From: a virus
DNA length: 64,000 nt
Strand: one strand, 5' to 3'
Virus record (IMG/VR): IMGVR_UViG_3300027987_000509
The notes below the pieces were generated by a model. The model worked only from the letters and a program-made list of their open reading frames with translations, was not told where the DNA came from and made no database searches. Positions 53,079 to 61,958 of the stretch are shown here, in pieces. The translations under genes and the position numbers were made by a program. Each line of letters starts with the position of its first letter. Positions within the stretch are counted from its first letter, which is position 1.

Positions 53079-54254
53079 ATGTCAGGCAAGCAGTTCGAAT
53101 ACAAGAATCTACAGGTCGGGAAGCTCGAACTCGATCTGGTCAAGCCGGAAGACGCAAAGGGAATCTCCCAAGGCACCGACTATTTGTTCCACGGCGGGAC
53201 GATGGTTCGCGGCGTCGTGGTTGACGGCGAGTCGATCCGCCCCACGGATCGATTCTGGACGTCCCTCTACTCCCGATTCGGCCTGAACAAGGCGTTCTTC
53301 AAATTCTTCGACCACACCGAGGTCTTCCAGCGTGTGGCCGACGTCGACCCGACCGGAATGATCCGCATCTGTGTCGAGCGAGACACCGCGACCGGTGATG
53401 CTCGGCTGCTCGCGGCCACCGGCCTCAACAAGCCCGTCGTTGTCTACGACGACCTGCTGGAGTTGCTCGAGAACTTCAACGTGCAGGAAGGCATCAGCTA
53501 CGACAATGGAATCGTGACGTCAACTCACGCTCCGCGTGTCGGCTCCAACCCGTTCTCGCTGGCCGGTGACAAGTTCTCCAACAAGTTCGTTCTGCACTGT
53601 CCGGTCGACGGCTTCGGCTCGCCGAACGTCTATCTGTCCCTGCTGCGATGGATCTGCGGCAACGGGATGGTCGGTTACGCCAATTCGTTCAAGACCGCGT
53701 TGAGCCTGGGTGCCGGTGGCGACAACATTCGCTACACCCTGGCTCGTACGCTGGATTCGTTCAACAACGATGAAGGTTATGCGGTTCTGCGAGATCGATT
53801 CGAGACGGCCGCGAACTCTCACGCGAGCCTCCGGGAACAGCAGCAACTCTACAAGGTTCTGCTGAACCTCCAGAACGACACCAAGCTGCGTCAGACCATC
53901 GGCGGAGGCAACGCGTCTCCGGCCGAAGTGCTGATGAAGCGATACGAGGACATGACGGGTCGCCCGTACGACATGTACTACCGCGATCCGAACATGCTGA
54001 GCGAGAAGCGTCAGCGATCTCTGCCGGTCGAGTGCCGTGTCTACGACATGATGAACTTCGCCACCGAACTCGCGACGCACAATCTGACGACCCCGAGTGC
54101 CCGGCAACTCCAGGCATGGGTCGGGAACATGCTCAGCGGCGAGTACGATCTGGAAGATTCGTGCGATCAGTTTGATCAGTTCCGCGACTTCTTCGTGAAG
54201 GAGAAGGTCGGAGCACCGGAAGGCGGTAATTCCTTGGACGACTCCGAGGAATAA
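53079..54254 (+). CDS. DUF932-like protein
   Basis: SLLRWICGNGMVG (LR..C.NG) motif; GGAG RBS before ATG 53079. Confidence 0.65.
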   Translation: MSGKQFEYKNLQVGKLELDLVKPEDAKGISQGTDYLFHGGTMVRGVVVDGESIRPTDRFWTSLYSRFGLNKAFFKFFDHTEVFQRVADVDPTGMIRICVERDTATGDARLLAATGLNKPVVVYDDLLELLENFNVQEGISYDNGIVTSTHAPRVGSNPFSLAGDKFSNKFVLHCPVDGFGSPNVYLSLLRWICGNGMVGYANSFKTALSLGAGGDNIRYTLARTLDSFNNDEGYAVLRDRFETAANSHASLREQQQLYKVLLNLQNDTKLRQTIGGGNASPAEVLMKRYEDMTGRPYDMYYRDPNMLSEKRQRSLPVECRVYDMMNFATELATHNLTTPSARQLQAWVGNMLSGEYDLEDSCDQFDQFRDFFVKEKVGAPEGGNSLDDSEE

Positions 54255-54305
54255 TGCCACCTGTATTTTGACCCTAACTCTACTTCTCTTTCGAGGAACC
54301 AAGCC

Positions 54306-54977
54306 ATGTCAGTCGAAACTCTCAGCTCCGCTCAACGCGATCTCTACCAAGCCATGCAGGCTGGTAAGGACAAGAACACCATCATTCGCGAACTCGGTCT
54401 TACGGAAGGCACGTTTGCGGCTCAATGCACCCGCATCAAGAACAAGGGGATTAGCCTCCCCAACTTCCCCGGCCACACCGGAACCAACCCGTCGTTCGGC
54501 CAGACACACCAGCCGTCACGTCAAGACGTGGCGTCGGGACGTGCGTCACGTCCGATGTCTACTGGCCCCGGTGAGAGCAAGTCTGTCCTCAACGAGGTCT
54601 CGGATGCCGGGCCTGCGGTCTATGATGTCGAGCGAACGATCAAGGAAGCCCAAGCACGCGGCGACATTCACGGAGAAATGCGTGATCTGCATCCGATGGC
54701 CATTCTTGGCGTCACGATCCAGTTCATGCGGCTCTGCGGCGGACGATTCCACGCTCACCAGATCATCGAAGATGTCTACGGAGCGGTTCGTCTGATGGCC
54801 GGTGATGGTCCGAAGGCGGATGATGTGGTTGCAGCTGCGACCAAGCCATTTACCGCCGGTCCGGAATCGCTGACGCATGAGGATCTCCAGGAATTCCTTG
54901 GCAAGGTCGAAGGCGTCAAGGGCGAGCTGGAGGACCTCTTCTCGAAGTTCCAACCGGTGGGGGCCTCTGGGCCGTAG
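54306..54977 (+). CDS. Hypothetical protein with N-terminal LuxR-like HTH
   Basis: LSSAQRDL..GKDKNTIIRELGLTEGTFAAQCTRIKNK; GAGGA RBS. Confidence 0.65.
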   Translation: MSVETLSSAQRDLYQAMQAGKDKNTIIRELGLTEGTFAAQCTRIKNKGISLPNFPGHTGTNPSFGQTHQPSRQDVASGRASRPMSTGPGESKSVLNEVSDAGPAVYDVERTIKEAQARGDIHGEMRDLHPMAILGVTIQFMRLCGGRFHAHQIIEDVYGAVRLMAGDGPKADDVVAAATKPFTAGPESLTHEDLQEFLGKVEGVKGELEDLFSKFQPVGASGP

Positions 54978-55020
54978 ACCATCATCGAAGTACGACGGAA
55001 GGCAAAGGAGAGGCTCGGAG

Positions 55021-55221
55021 ATGGCAAAGAAAGACCGAACCGAAAAGACGGCCCTCGAAATGGACTTTAACGAGTTCGTGACATGGGCTACCGGATTTAT
55101 TCTCTTCGGTATCGGGGAAGGCCGATCTCTCCGAGAATTAGTTCACACGGTGGTGGACCATGCAGCTCGTAATCCCAATTTCGGAGTGCCACGTAATGAG
55201 CAGAGAGAAAGTGAAGGCTGA
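55021..55221 (+). CDS. Small hypothetical protein
   Basis: ATG 55021 with GGAG RBS. Confidence 0.55.
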   Translation: MAKKDRTEKTALEMDFNEFVTWATGFILFGIGEGRSLRELVHTVVDHAARNPNFGVPRNEQRESEG

Positions 55222-55447
55222 CATCCTCGAGGCCAAGCGGTGGGACGAACTCGTCGATCGCACCCGCAAAATGGTGGACCGCTACGGTGCACCAACCCTC
55301 CGGCAGATGTCAGAAGTATTTGGCTGTGGCCTGGATATCCTCCACAACATCGGCGACGCGGTGGACGGATTACAGATCGTCGGTGATCCACACAATCAGG
55401 ATCAGTTGAGAATCACCAGGGCACCAACAGAAGCAGAATTGAACTAG
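55196..55447 (+). CDS. Small hypothetical protein, possible winged HTH
   Basis: GAPTLRQMSEVFG. Confidence 0.55.
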   Translation: MSREKVKADILEAKRWDELVDRTRKMVDRYGAPTLRQMSEVFGCGLDILHNIGDAVDGLQIVGDPHNQDQLRITRAPTEAELN

Positions 55448-55986
55448 GCCATCGTCTTCTGTATGTTGGCGATGACCTGTTTGAGGGCAGCCATCTCCTT
55501 GTCCAGACCGCCGAATGCCTGCCCGGCATCTGCGGTCTGGGCCTGTCCTTGCTGGATGCCAGTTTGCAAAGCCCCAAGATTGGTATTCAGCTTGTCGATT
55601 TGGGGCTGCATCAGCTCCTGCCGCTCTTGCTGGGCTTGCATCTCTGCGTCTTGTTCAGCTTTCAGCTGGTTCGCTACCTCTTGATCTGAGTCACCGGCAT
55701 CGTCACCGGCAATCTTGTCAGCCTCTTTCTCGATCTCAGTAGCGTTGAGAGGCTTGTCTTCTGCTCCAGGCATCTCCTGGTCTGCATCCATCCCTGCACC
55801 GGCAGGACCGGTGGGAGCCTCCATTGACGGGTCCATCGAAGCATCCAGTTCCATAAAGATATCTGGATCTTCGGTGATGAGAGCAGCGATGTATCTGACT
55901 TGGTTAGTTCGCACTTGGAGGTCCGCCGCCTTGGGTCCATTTCTGAGTGGCCTTTCCCTTCCGTGCCGATCCGTGGGCTGAACCAC
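55444..55986 (-). CDS. Acidic coiled-coil probable internal head protein
   Basis: IAALITEDPDIF motif shared with 24538 gene; start uncertain. Confidence 0.7.
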   Translation of the reverse strand: MVQPTDRHGRERPLRNGPKAADLQVRTNQVRYIAALITEDPDIFMELDASMDPSMEAPTGPAGAGMDADQEMPGAEDKPLNATEIEKEADKIAGDDAGDSDQEVANQLKAEQDAEMQAQQERQELMQPQIDKLNTNLGALQTGIQQGQAQTADAGQAFGGLDKEMAALKQVIANIQKTMA

Positions 55987-56782
55987 TCATGCCGCTTCCA
56001 CGGTTGCCTGGCTGATCCCGTGGACCAAGACCGGACTGCGGGACGCCGAAGATATCAGGGAATAGGGCCTCGACGTCCATACGAAGTTCGTTCGCGATTG
56101 CACTGGCGGTGCCAATGCTCGGGTTTCGGCCGCCTGGGTCGCCTTGCCGGTCTTTCGGCGTTCGGAGAAGCCTGGAGATAGCTGGGACGTCAACGCCGAC
56201 AGCACGTGCGAGAGAGGTCACTGAGTGGCCTTGTTGCTCCATGGCTCGCAGCATCGGACTACGGTCCACGGTCGCCGGGTCAACCTTAGACTTGAACTCG
56301 CCTTCTTTTTCGAATTCGTCTTCGTCCCCACCTTCGAATTCTGGCTGGTCTTGTGTGTTACCAGCAAATCCTCCACCACCTGGAGGCTGCTCTTCGGCGA
56401 GAACTCGCTCGACATTGTGCCAGTTGCCGAGAAGCCGTGGGGTCATGATTTCGAATTCGTCGCCCTTGCTCTCGAAGACTTCTTGGTCTTTGCTACCACC
56501 GATTGGGACAAGCATGGTGTGTCCGGCGTTTGTCGCCATCACCATGTATTCTCCGCACGGGATCGAGAGGGCATGAGAACCGACCGTTGTGACGTTCAGG
56601 AGAGCACCCTCAGATAGGTGCTGCTTGAGTTCAGAGACGCTTTTGAAGCGTCTCAGAGCGTCGAGGGCGGTGATAACTATATCCTGAGACGCGTCAATCA
56701 TCGCGTCGAGTTCGCCGACAATCGGGTCCTCGCGAAAGAGGGAATCCAGTTTGTCCTTGAACGGTACAGACTTTTTCGGCAT
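55904..56782 (-). CDS. Protein with C-terminal XRE-type HTH and acidic linker
   Basis: GHSVTSLARAVGVDVPAISRLL..RNPSIGTASAIANEL; LFRE|D and HLSE|G sites. Confidence 0.75.
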   Translation of the reverse strand: MPKKSVPFKDKLDSLFREDPIVGELDAMIDASQDIVITALDALRRFKSVSELKQHLSEGALLNVTTVGSHALSIPCGEYMVMATNAGHTMLVPIGGSKDQEVFESKGDEFEIMTPRLLGNWHNVERVLAEEQPPGGGGFAGNTQDQPEFEGGDEDEFEKEGEFKSKVDPATVDRSPMLRAMEQQGHSVTSLARAVGVDVPAISRLLRTPKDRQGDPGGRNPSIGTASAIANELRMDVEALFPDIFGVPQSGLGPRDQPGNRGSGMSGSAHGSARKGKATQKWTQGGGPPSAN

Positions 56783-56810
56783 AGTTCAGTTCCTCTCGAA
56801 TTTGGCATTG

Positions 56811-56831
56811 TATCTTTGCTTTTCAAAGATA
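56811..56831. promoter_or_regulatory. Back-to-back divergent CAAAGATA motifs
   Basis: TATCTTTG-CTTTT-CAAAGATA between divergent XRE and NUDIX genes. Confidence 0.6.
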
Positions 56832-56835
56832 GATT

Positions 56836-57279
56836 ATGAACGGTCTCCTGTTAGAGTTCGATGAGCGGCTTGATCTAATCCTTGAAGCGGAATTCAAGGA
56901 GAAGTACAAAGCTGCCGTAGCTATCGTCCAAGATCGTGATCGATGGCTGCTTGGGCTTGCCAAGAATACTCATGACGACAGGAACAACAAGTGGGTCCAC
57001 CCAGGCGGCGGAATTAAGGGAAGGGAGACTCCAGCACAGGCGGCTGTTCGGGAGACGAAAGAAGAGACCGGTATCAGAGTTAAGGCCGTTGGGAAGCCTT
57101 TCAGTACGCTGAAGCACAAGGGCGTGGCTTTCGTCCATTGCAAAGTGACGAGCCATGGCCAAGACCCGGACCCAAATCACGAATTCGCTGCTCTTGGTTT
57201 CTTCACACTGCGGGAGATGCGATCTCTCAAGCTATATCACAATGTCAAATCGCTGATTGATCGCGTCAAAAGCTGCTAA
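56836..57279 (+). CDS. NUDIX hydrolase with head-protein-like N-terminal extension
   Basis: Nudix box GGGIKGRETPAQAAVRETKEETGI; MNGLLLEFDERLDLILE|A. Confidence 0.9.
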   Translation: MNGLLLEFDERLDLILEAEFKEKYKAAVAIVQDRDRWLLGLAKNTHDDRNNKWVHPGGGIKGRETPAQAAVRETKEETGIRVKAVGKPFSTLKHKGVAFVHCKVTSHGQDPDPNHEFAALGFFTLREMRSLKLYHNVKSLIDRVKSC

Positions 57280-57306
57280 TTGGTATTTAGGTGTGGAGGA
57301 ACAGTT

Positions 57307-57660
57307 ATGCTCAAAGAAATGAGAGGTATGGAGTATACTCTAGAAATACTCCGTGCCCTACACCACAACGAAGGCCGCCATGACTCCGTGGCGATCTACA
57401 ACTTCGTCCAGAATGCCGGTCGTGTCGAAGCTTCCAAAAGCTACGTCCAGAAAATTCTGCCACGCATGGTCAGGATCGGCCTTCTCGAATCCAATGAAAA
57501 CGGCTATACTCTGACAAAGCCGGTTGATGAGGTCACCGTCGATCAGGTCCTCGACATATGCGATATGCCGGACCGAGAGAGCCCCTTGTATTCGTTGTGT
57601 GATGGAATGAAAAAGGGTGTCTCTCTGACAACGATTGACGAATTCTATGACTTCTCCTAA
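57307..57660 (+). CDS. Rrf2-like winged-helix transcriptional regulator
   Basis: SKSYVQKILPRMVRIGLLES..NGYTLTKPVDEVTVDQVL; GGAGGA RBS. Confidence 0.8.
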   Translation: MLKEMRGMEYTLEILRALHHNEGRHDSVAIYNFVQNAGRVEASKSYVQKILPRMVRIGLLESNENGYTLTKPVDEVTVDQVLDICDMPDRESPLYSLCDGMKKGVSLTTIDEFYDFS

Positions 57661-57967
57661 TCTGAAATATCTCCCATTCTGGACCCTCTTCGAGTACATC
57701 GGCGACACTCCGCCGCATCCTTTCATACCCGTCTATGTGTTGGAAGAGTATGTCAGGAACGCTCGAGGCCCGCAAGGACCTGTCTCTTACAACGCAGTCA
57801 ACATCGCGATCTACAAGCCGGATTCTGAACTCGTAGCGACCGACATCCCGACAGAAATGTTAATCAGTCCGGAAGAGTTGGTTGATTGGGCCGACCGCAT
57901 CGCTGGTTGGTTTAAGGACCACGCGGTCGAGCTTGTAACTACGAGGCCAGAAAATGAAGAAGGTTGA
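57647..57967 (+). CDS. Hypothetical protein
   Basis: ORF 57635..57967, ATG 57647. Confidence 0.6.
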   Translation: MTSPNLKYLPFWTLFEYIGDTPPHPFIPVYVLEEYVRNARGPQGPVSYNAVNIAIYKPDSELVATDIPTEMLISPEELVDWADRIAGWFKDHAVELVTTRPENEEG

Positions 57968-58913
57968 TACCCACCGGCACCTAGGAGGATCGATTTCGAT
58001 TGACTGGGTGTGGCACACCGTCCGCCAGCTCGGACTCAAGCATCTGGCGGAAAGTCTAACGGACGTCACCGAAGCTATGACGTTCAACCACGACGAACCA
58101 CGTGAATTTCATCGCTTCTTGGACAAGTTCAGAATTCTGGACGATATCCCATGGACCGAAGATCTAATCGACGGCTCCATCAAATCCGTATGCGACGGTC
58201 TCGAAAGGGAGAATATCGATTATTGCTGGCTCGACTTCTCCATCAACAAGTACATGGATGGACCCATGACTTGGCACAAACACGAAGCGATCGACTTTAT
58301 TCACAGCTCATTTGAGACGCATCGCCCCGGTGGGGTTGGGCTGGTGTTGTCTCTCAAGTACGAAGCCCATCGAGCTAGCCAGCGACAATATGCCGATCTC
58401 ATCCACGACCCAAACGTCGCCGATAAGCTCGTCGGGATCGATCTAGTTGGTGATGAGGGATTCTTCGACTTCCGATTTTACGAGCCAATCTTCCGCGAAT
58501 GGAATGCTGCCGGAAAGATGACGAGGGCTCATGTCGCTGAGTCATGTGAAGCCGACAACGGCCTACATGCGATTGTCCACCTGAAAGTGACAAATATAGC
58601 ACATGGGCTGAAAATGGCGGCGTCGTCAGAAATGATGGCGATCGCAAAAGATCACGGCGTAACCTTCGATCTTGGAATTGGCAGCAATTACCTCACCGGT
58701 GTCTGGAAAAGCCAGACTTATCACCCAGTCATGACTCTGCTCGAATCAGGGCAGAAAGTCACGCTTGGGACAGACGACCCCGTTCAATGCTCTACTACGC
58801 TCGACATCGAATTTCGTAATGTGCAACAGAACTACGGCGTCTCTGAAGAAGAATGTGATCGGATGAGGAGAACTGCCGTGGAGAATTGCCAGAAGTATGT
58901 TCGAGCACCTTAA
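57954..58913 (+). CDS. add: Adenosine deaminase family protein
   Basis: DTHRHLGGS, GIDLVGDE, AHVAES, IAHG, SNYLTG, LGTDDP. Confidence 0.88.
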   Translation: MKKVDTHRHLGGSISIDWVWHTVRQLGLKHLAESLTDVTEAMTFNHDEPREFHRFLDKFRILDDIPWTEDLIDGSIKSVCDGLERENIDYCWLDFSINKYMDGPMTWHKHEAIDFIHSSFETHRPGGVGLVLSLKYEAHRASQRQYADLIHDPNVADKLVGIDLVGDEGFFDFRFYEPIFREWNAAGKMTRAHVAESCEADNGLHAIVHLKVTNIAHGLKMAASSEMMAIAKDHGVTFDLGIGSNYLTGVWKSQTYHPVMTLLESGQKVTLGTDDPVQCSTTLDIEFRNVQQNYGVSEEECDRMRRTAVENCQKYVRAP

Positions 58914-59460
58914 GCAGTTCAAGAAAATCCTTGTTTCCGGCCCACAGCGATCTGGTACGAGAATCTGCTCCGTAATGGTGTCAGAGGACACCGGAATCGA
59001 GCGAATCGATGAAGTACGAGCACCGCATATCTTCGTGCCTGGGCAGGAGCTGGCTTATGTGAAGTCACTTGTGCAGGAACGAGAAGAATTCGTTCTTCAC
59101 TGCCCACCGTTCAGCAGGTGGCTCCATGAAGTGTCAGGAGTAGCCGTCGTTCTGATGCGAAGAGCCATCGCGGACATCATAGAGTCGGAACGGCGAATTA
59201 ACTGGCGTAAGGGGCGTCAAGAACTGGAATATACCAAGTATGGATACTGGCGATGGAAGAAGCAGCCCGGCCTCACCAGGACGTTCAAACCAATCTCACA
59301 AATCAAGTACGAGTATTGGGATAACGTACAAAAGGCACAAATAGAACACGCCTTTGAAGTGAGCTATGACGACTTGATGGGCCATCCACTATGGGTTCCG
59401 AAGGAAGAACGAAAGAACTTCACATGGGGGCAAACCTCGCAGAACCCGCAACTACTGTGA
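58897..59460 (+). CDS. Sulfotransferase-like P-loop protein
   Basis: ILVSGPQRSGTR; VVLMRR..DII.S; VSYDDL. Confidence 0.7.
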   Translation: MFEHLKQFKKILVSGPQRSGTRICSVMVSEDTGIERIDEVRAPHIFVPGQELAYVKSLVQEREEFVLHCPPFSRWLHEVSGVAVVLMRRAIADIIESERRINWRKGRQELEYTKYGYWRWKKQPGLTRTFKPISQIKYEYWDNVQKAQIEHAFEVSYDDLMGHPLWVPKEERKNFTWGQTSQNPQLL

Positions 59461-60161
59461 ATTTCGTCATCCTCGGCCGCATCAGAACCGGCACTTCACA
59501 GCTCTGCTCGGCACTGGATTCACATAGCCAGATCCGTTGCAAACTAGAGCTGCTCAAGCACGGCAAATTCAACGTCGGCGTCGACAAAGTCGAATCGTAT
59601 CTGACGGAGAAGATCTATACCCCACATACCGAGAAGCCGGTCCGTGGTTTCAAGATCATGTACCACCAAATGTGGGGCCGCGAGACGCCAGAGTTCTACT
59701 GGATCTGTAATGTCCTGCAGCAATTCAAAACGAAAGTGATCCACGTCAAACGGCGGAACTTTCTCGATCACTTTCTATCGATCATTCTGGCCAGAAACTG
59801 CGATATCTGGAATGCCTGGACCGATCGTAGAATCGACAAGCACTTCGTGATGCTCGGGGAGGACACTCTTGATCGCTACAATCAGCCGGTGCATTTAGAC
59901 GTCAAATTGATGCTCAGGAAGCTGAAGAGCCAACAAAAATGGGAGCGATCAATCGACGCGATGTTCCCTGATTGTTTTGTCGCTCAATATGGAGAGACGG
60001 ACTTTGGTCTCATTCAGGAATGGCTCGGTGTAAAGCCAGAAGATATCAAGCCGTCAACGGTCAGAATGAGAACCAGGCCCAAGAGAGAACTGATTTCTAA
60101 TTATGATGAGGTCGTCGTCGCACTGCGAGAAATCGGGCGAGATTGGATGCTCGAAGATTAG
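59457..60161 (+). CDS. Stf0-like sulfotransferase
   Basis: FVILGRIRTGTS..LDSH, GFKIMYHQ, VIHVKRRNFLDHFLS. Confidence 0.82.
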   Translation: MNFVILGRIRTGTSQLCSALDSHSQIRCKLELLKHGKFNVGVDKVESYLTEKIYTPHTEKPVRGFKIMYHQMWGRETPEFYWICNVLQQFKTKVIHVKRRNFLDHFLSIILARNCDIWNAWTDRRIDKHFVMLGEDTLDRYNQPVHLDVKLMLRKLKSQQKWERSIDAMFPDCFVAQYGETDFGLIQEWLGVKPEDIKPSTVRMRTRPKRELISNYDEVVVALREIGRDWMLED

Positions 60162-60475
60162 TCGTCTTGTGCTTCGTGCTTGGCGATATGTCCCTCGAGA
60201 GCCTGTAGCTGGATGAGGATTGGCTCAGCTCTGTCGAGGTAGATCGGTCCCCAATTGGAACGGATGTGGTCGCGGCGTTCTTCGATTCCCATCGTGTCCA
60301 TCTGGTGGCACAGCAGTCGGACGTCGTTCGTTTTGAGGACGTTGGTTGATAGGAGTAATGTGTCGAGTTTGTTCCGCAAGTCTCGCCATTGGCTGGACAT
60401 TTCCACCCGTTGGCGGTTTTCCAATGCGGAGGCCACTTTCTCGACGCCAGTTTCGATATCGACTTGCTTTGCCAT
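60158..60475 (-). CDS. Hypothetical protein
   Basis: ATG 60475 coupled to upstream TAA. Confidence 0.6.
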   Translation of the reverse strand: MAKQVDIETGVEKVASALENRQRVEMSSQWRDLRNKLDTLLLSTNVLKTNDVRLLCHQMDTMGIEERRDHIRSNWGPIYLDRAEPILIQLQALEGHIAKHEAQDD

Positions 60476-60849
60476 TAGACGCGTTGCCTTACAACTTGAA
60501 CATCCTTGGCACCGCCCTTGAGAACAATTTCGCCTGTTTCGGCGACTTCGCATGTTTCGCGGACGACTTTGAGAAACTCTTCCTCAAAGACGATATCGGC
60601 ACCGATCTTGCCATGACGCATTGGAATCACGAAATGAATCCCACCCTCCGCCGGATTGTAGGTAGCATTCAATTCTTGGACCATCAGCTGAATGTTGGCT
60701 GGGGAGAGATCGCCGACTTCGATGAAGTGAACCGTACGTAGAGTAGCACCCGGTCTCACAGTCGGAGGAGGGGCAACTTTGGGTTTCTTGTCACTGAGGA
60801 CAACGGTTTGTTTCTTCTGCGGCTGCTTCTTAATTGGCTGAGATTGCAT
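60475..60849 (-). CDS. Hypothetical protein
   Basis: 124-aa ORF, GGAGG RBS. Confidence 0.7.
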   Translation of the reverse strand: MQSQPIKKQPQKKQTVVLSDKKPKVAPPPTVRPGATLRTVHFIEVGDLSPANIQLMVQELNATYNPAEGGIHFVIPMRHGKIGADIVFEEEFLKVVRETCEVAETGEIVLKGGAKDVQVVRQRV

Positions 60850-60906
60850 TGGAGTCCTCCACCCCGTATATACGCAAGGCGTTCACGAACAAGACAGGAG
60901 CGAAAA

Positions 60907-61218
60907 GTGAAATCGATTCTTATTACCTTTGCCGATGATGTCGAGCGAGACCAATTCCTGGAGCAAGTCCGGACCGTCAAGGCAGACGTGGTGACCAAGG
61001 CACTTGGCACCATCAAGCTCGACCCGCCGATCAAGGAGGATCACGAACGACAATGTGCCTTGTTCATCTCCGGTCAGAAGATGATGGAAGGTAGTCTGAC
61101 GGAACTAAACCGTCGATTTGACCAAGAAGTCGGCAGCCACTCAGGTTCCGTCATCATCAAAGAACTGCGTGGTGGAGAATGGCACGAGATCAGGGCACGC
61201 CGCCTGCAGAGGACGTAG
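60907..61218 (+). CDS. Hypothetical protein
   Basis: GTG 60907 after AGGAG RBS. Confidence 0.65.
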   Translation: MKSILITFADDVERDQFLEQVRTVKADVVTKALGTIKLDPPIKEDHERQCALFISGQKMMEGSLTELNRRFDQEVGSHSGSVIIKELRGGEWHEIRARRLQRT

Positions 61219-61958
61219 ACAAGTTCAGAGACGCGGTACAGCGTCGGATCTCGTACCGTCTCGAGCATGACGAAACTCCTGTCGGAGGTCTGAATCCGTA
61301 TCACAGATACTACACAGAAAGCGGCATTGCAGCCTTCCGCCTGATACTCGACCATCTGCATCTCACGAAGACCGACAAGGTTCTGGAAGTGGGATGCGGA
61401 ACCGGTCGAGTATCGGTTCCTTTCATCAAGCACCTCGACAAAAATTACCACGCTTTCGACAACAATCTCTGCTTCATTGAGTATTGCCGAACGCTCGGTG
61501 GTAATTTTACATATTTAGATGTGTTTCATGACGATTGGAACCCAGCGGGAACGATAGACCCGCTACAGGTAGAATTCCCGTACCGAAGCAGACAATTCTC
61601 AGCTGTCTTCTCGATGGTGGTGTTCAACCATTTTAGATATACCTGGTTCGAACACTATTGTTCGGAGATCTCACGGGTCCTGACAAAGGGCGGAAAATTC
61701 TTCACCACCTTGATCGTCGCTAAAGAACCGCAAGAAGAGAAACAGCCACCATTCCAATTCAAACACCGCACTGATACCGAATGGTATGACTACCGGGACG
61801 CCCCGTTGTATAATATTGCGTTTCCCGAGATCTTGATTCGGCGGGCTTTGATCAAGCACGGTCTGATGATTGCCGAGCCCATCAGATATGGGAGTTGGAA
61901 TAAATCGCCATTGGCTTTGTCAGGGTTCGATGTGGTGATGGCACACAAAAGGAAGTAA
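61179..61958 (+). CDS. Class I SAM-dependent methyltransferase
   Basis: KVLEVGCGTGR; FSAVFSMVVFNHF; VLTKGG. Confidence 0.88.
   Translation: MARDQGTPPAEDVDKFRDAVQRRISYRLEHDETPVGGLNPYHRYYTESGIAAFRLILDHLHLTKTDKVLEVGCGTGRVSVPFIKHLDKNYHAFDNNLCFIEYCRTLGGNFTYLDVFHDDWNPAGTIDPLQVEFPYRSRQFSAVFSMVVFNHFRYTWFEHYCSEISRVLTKGGKFFTTLIVAKEPQEEKQPPFQFKHRTDTEWYDYRDAPLYNIAFPEILIRRALIKHGLMIAEPIRYGSWNKSPLALSGFDVVMAHKRK

Noticed and set aside
53079-54977. GC-richer stretch as a horizontally acquired island or mobile element
   Set aside because: No flanking repeats, integrase or transposase; consistent with codon bias of highly expressed genes.
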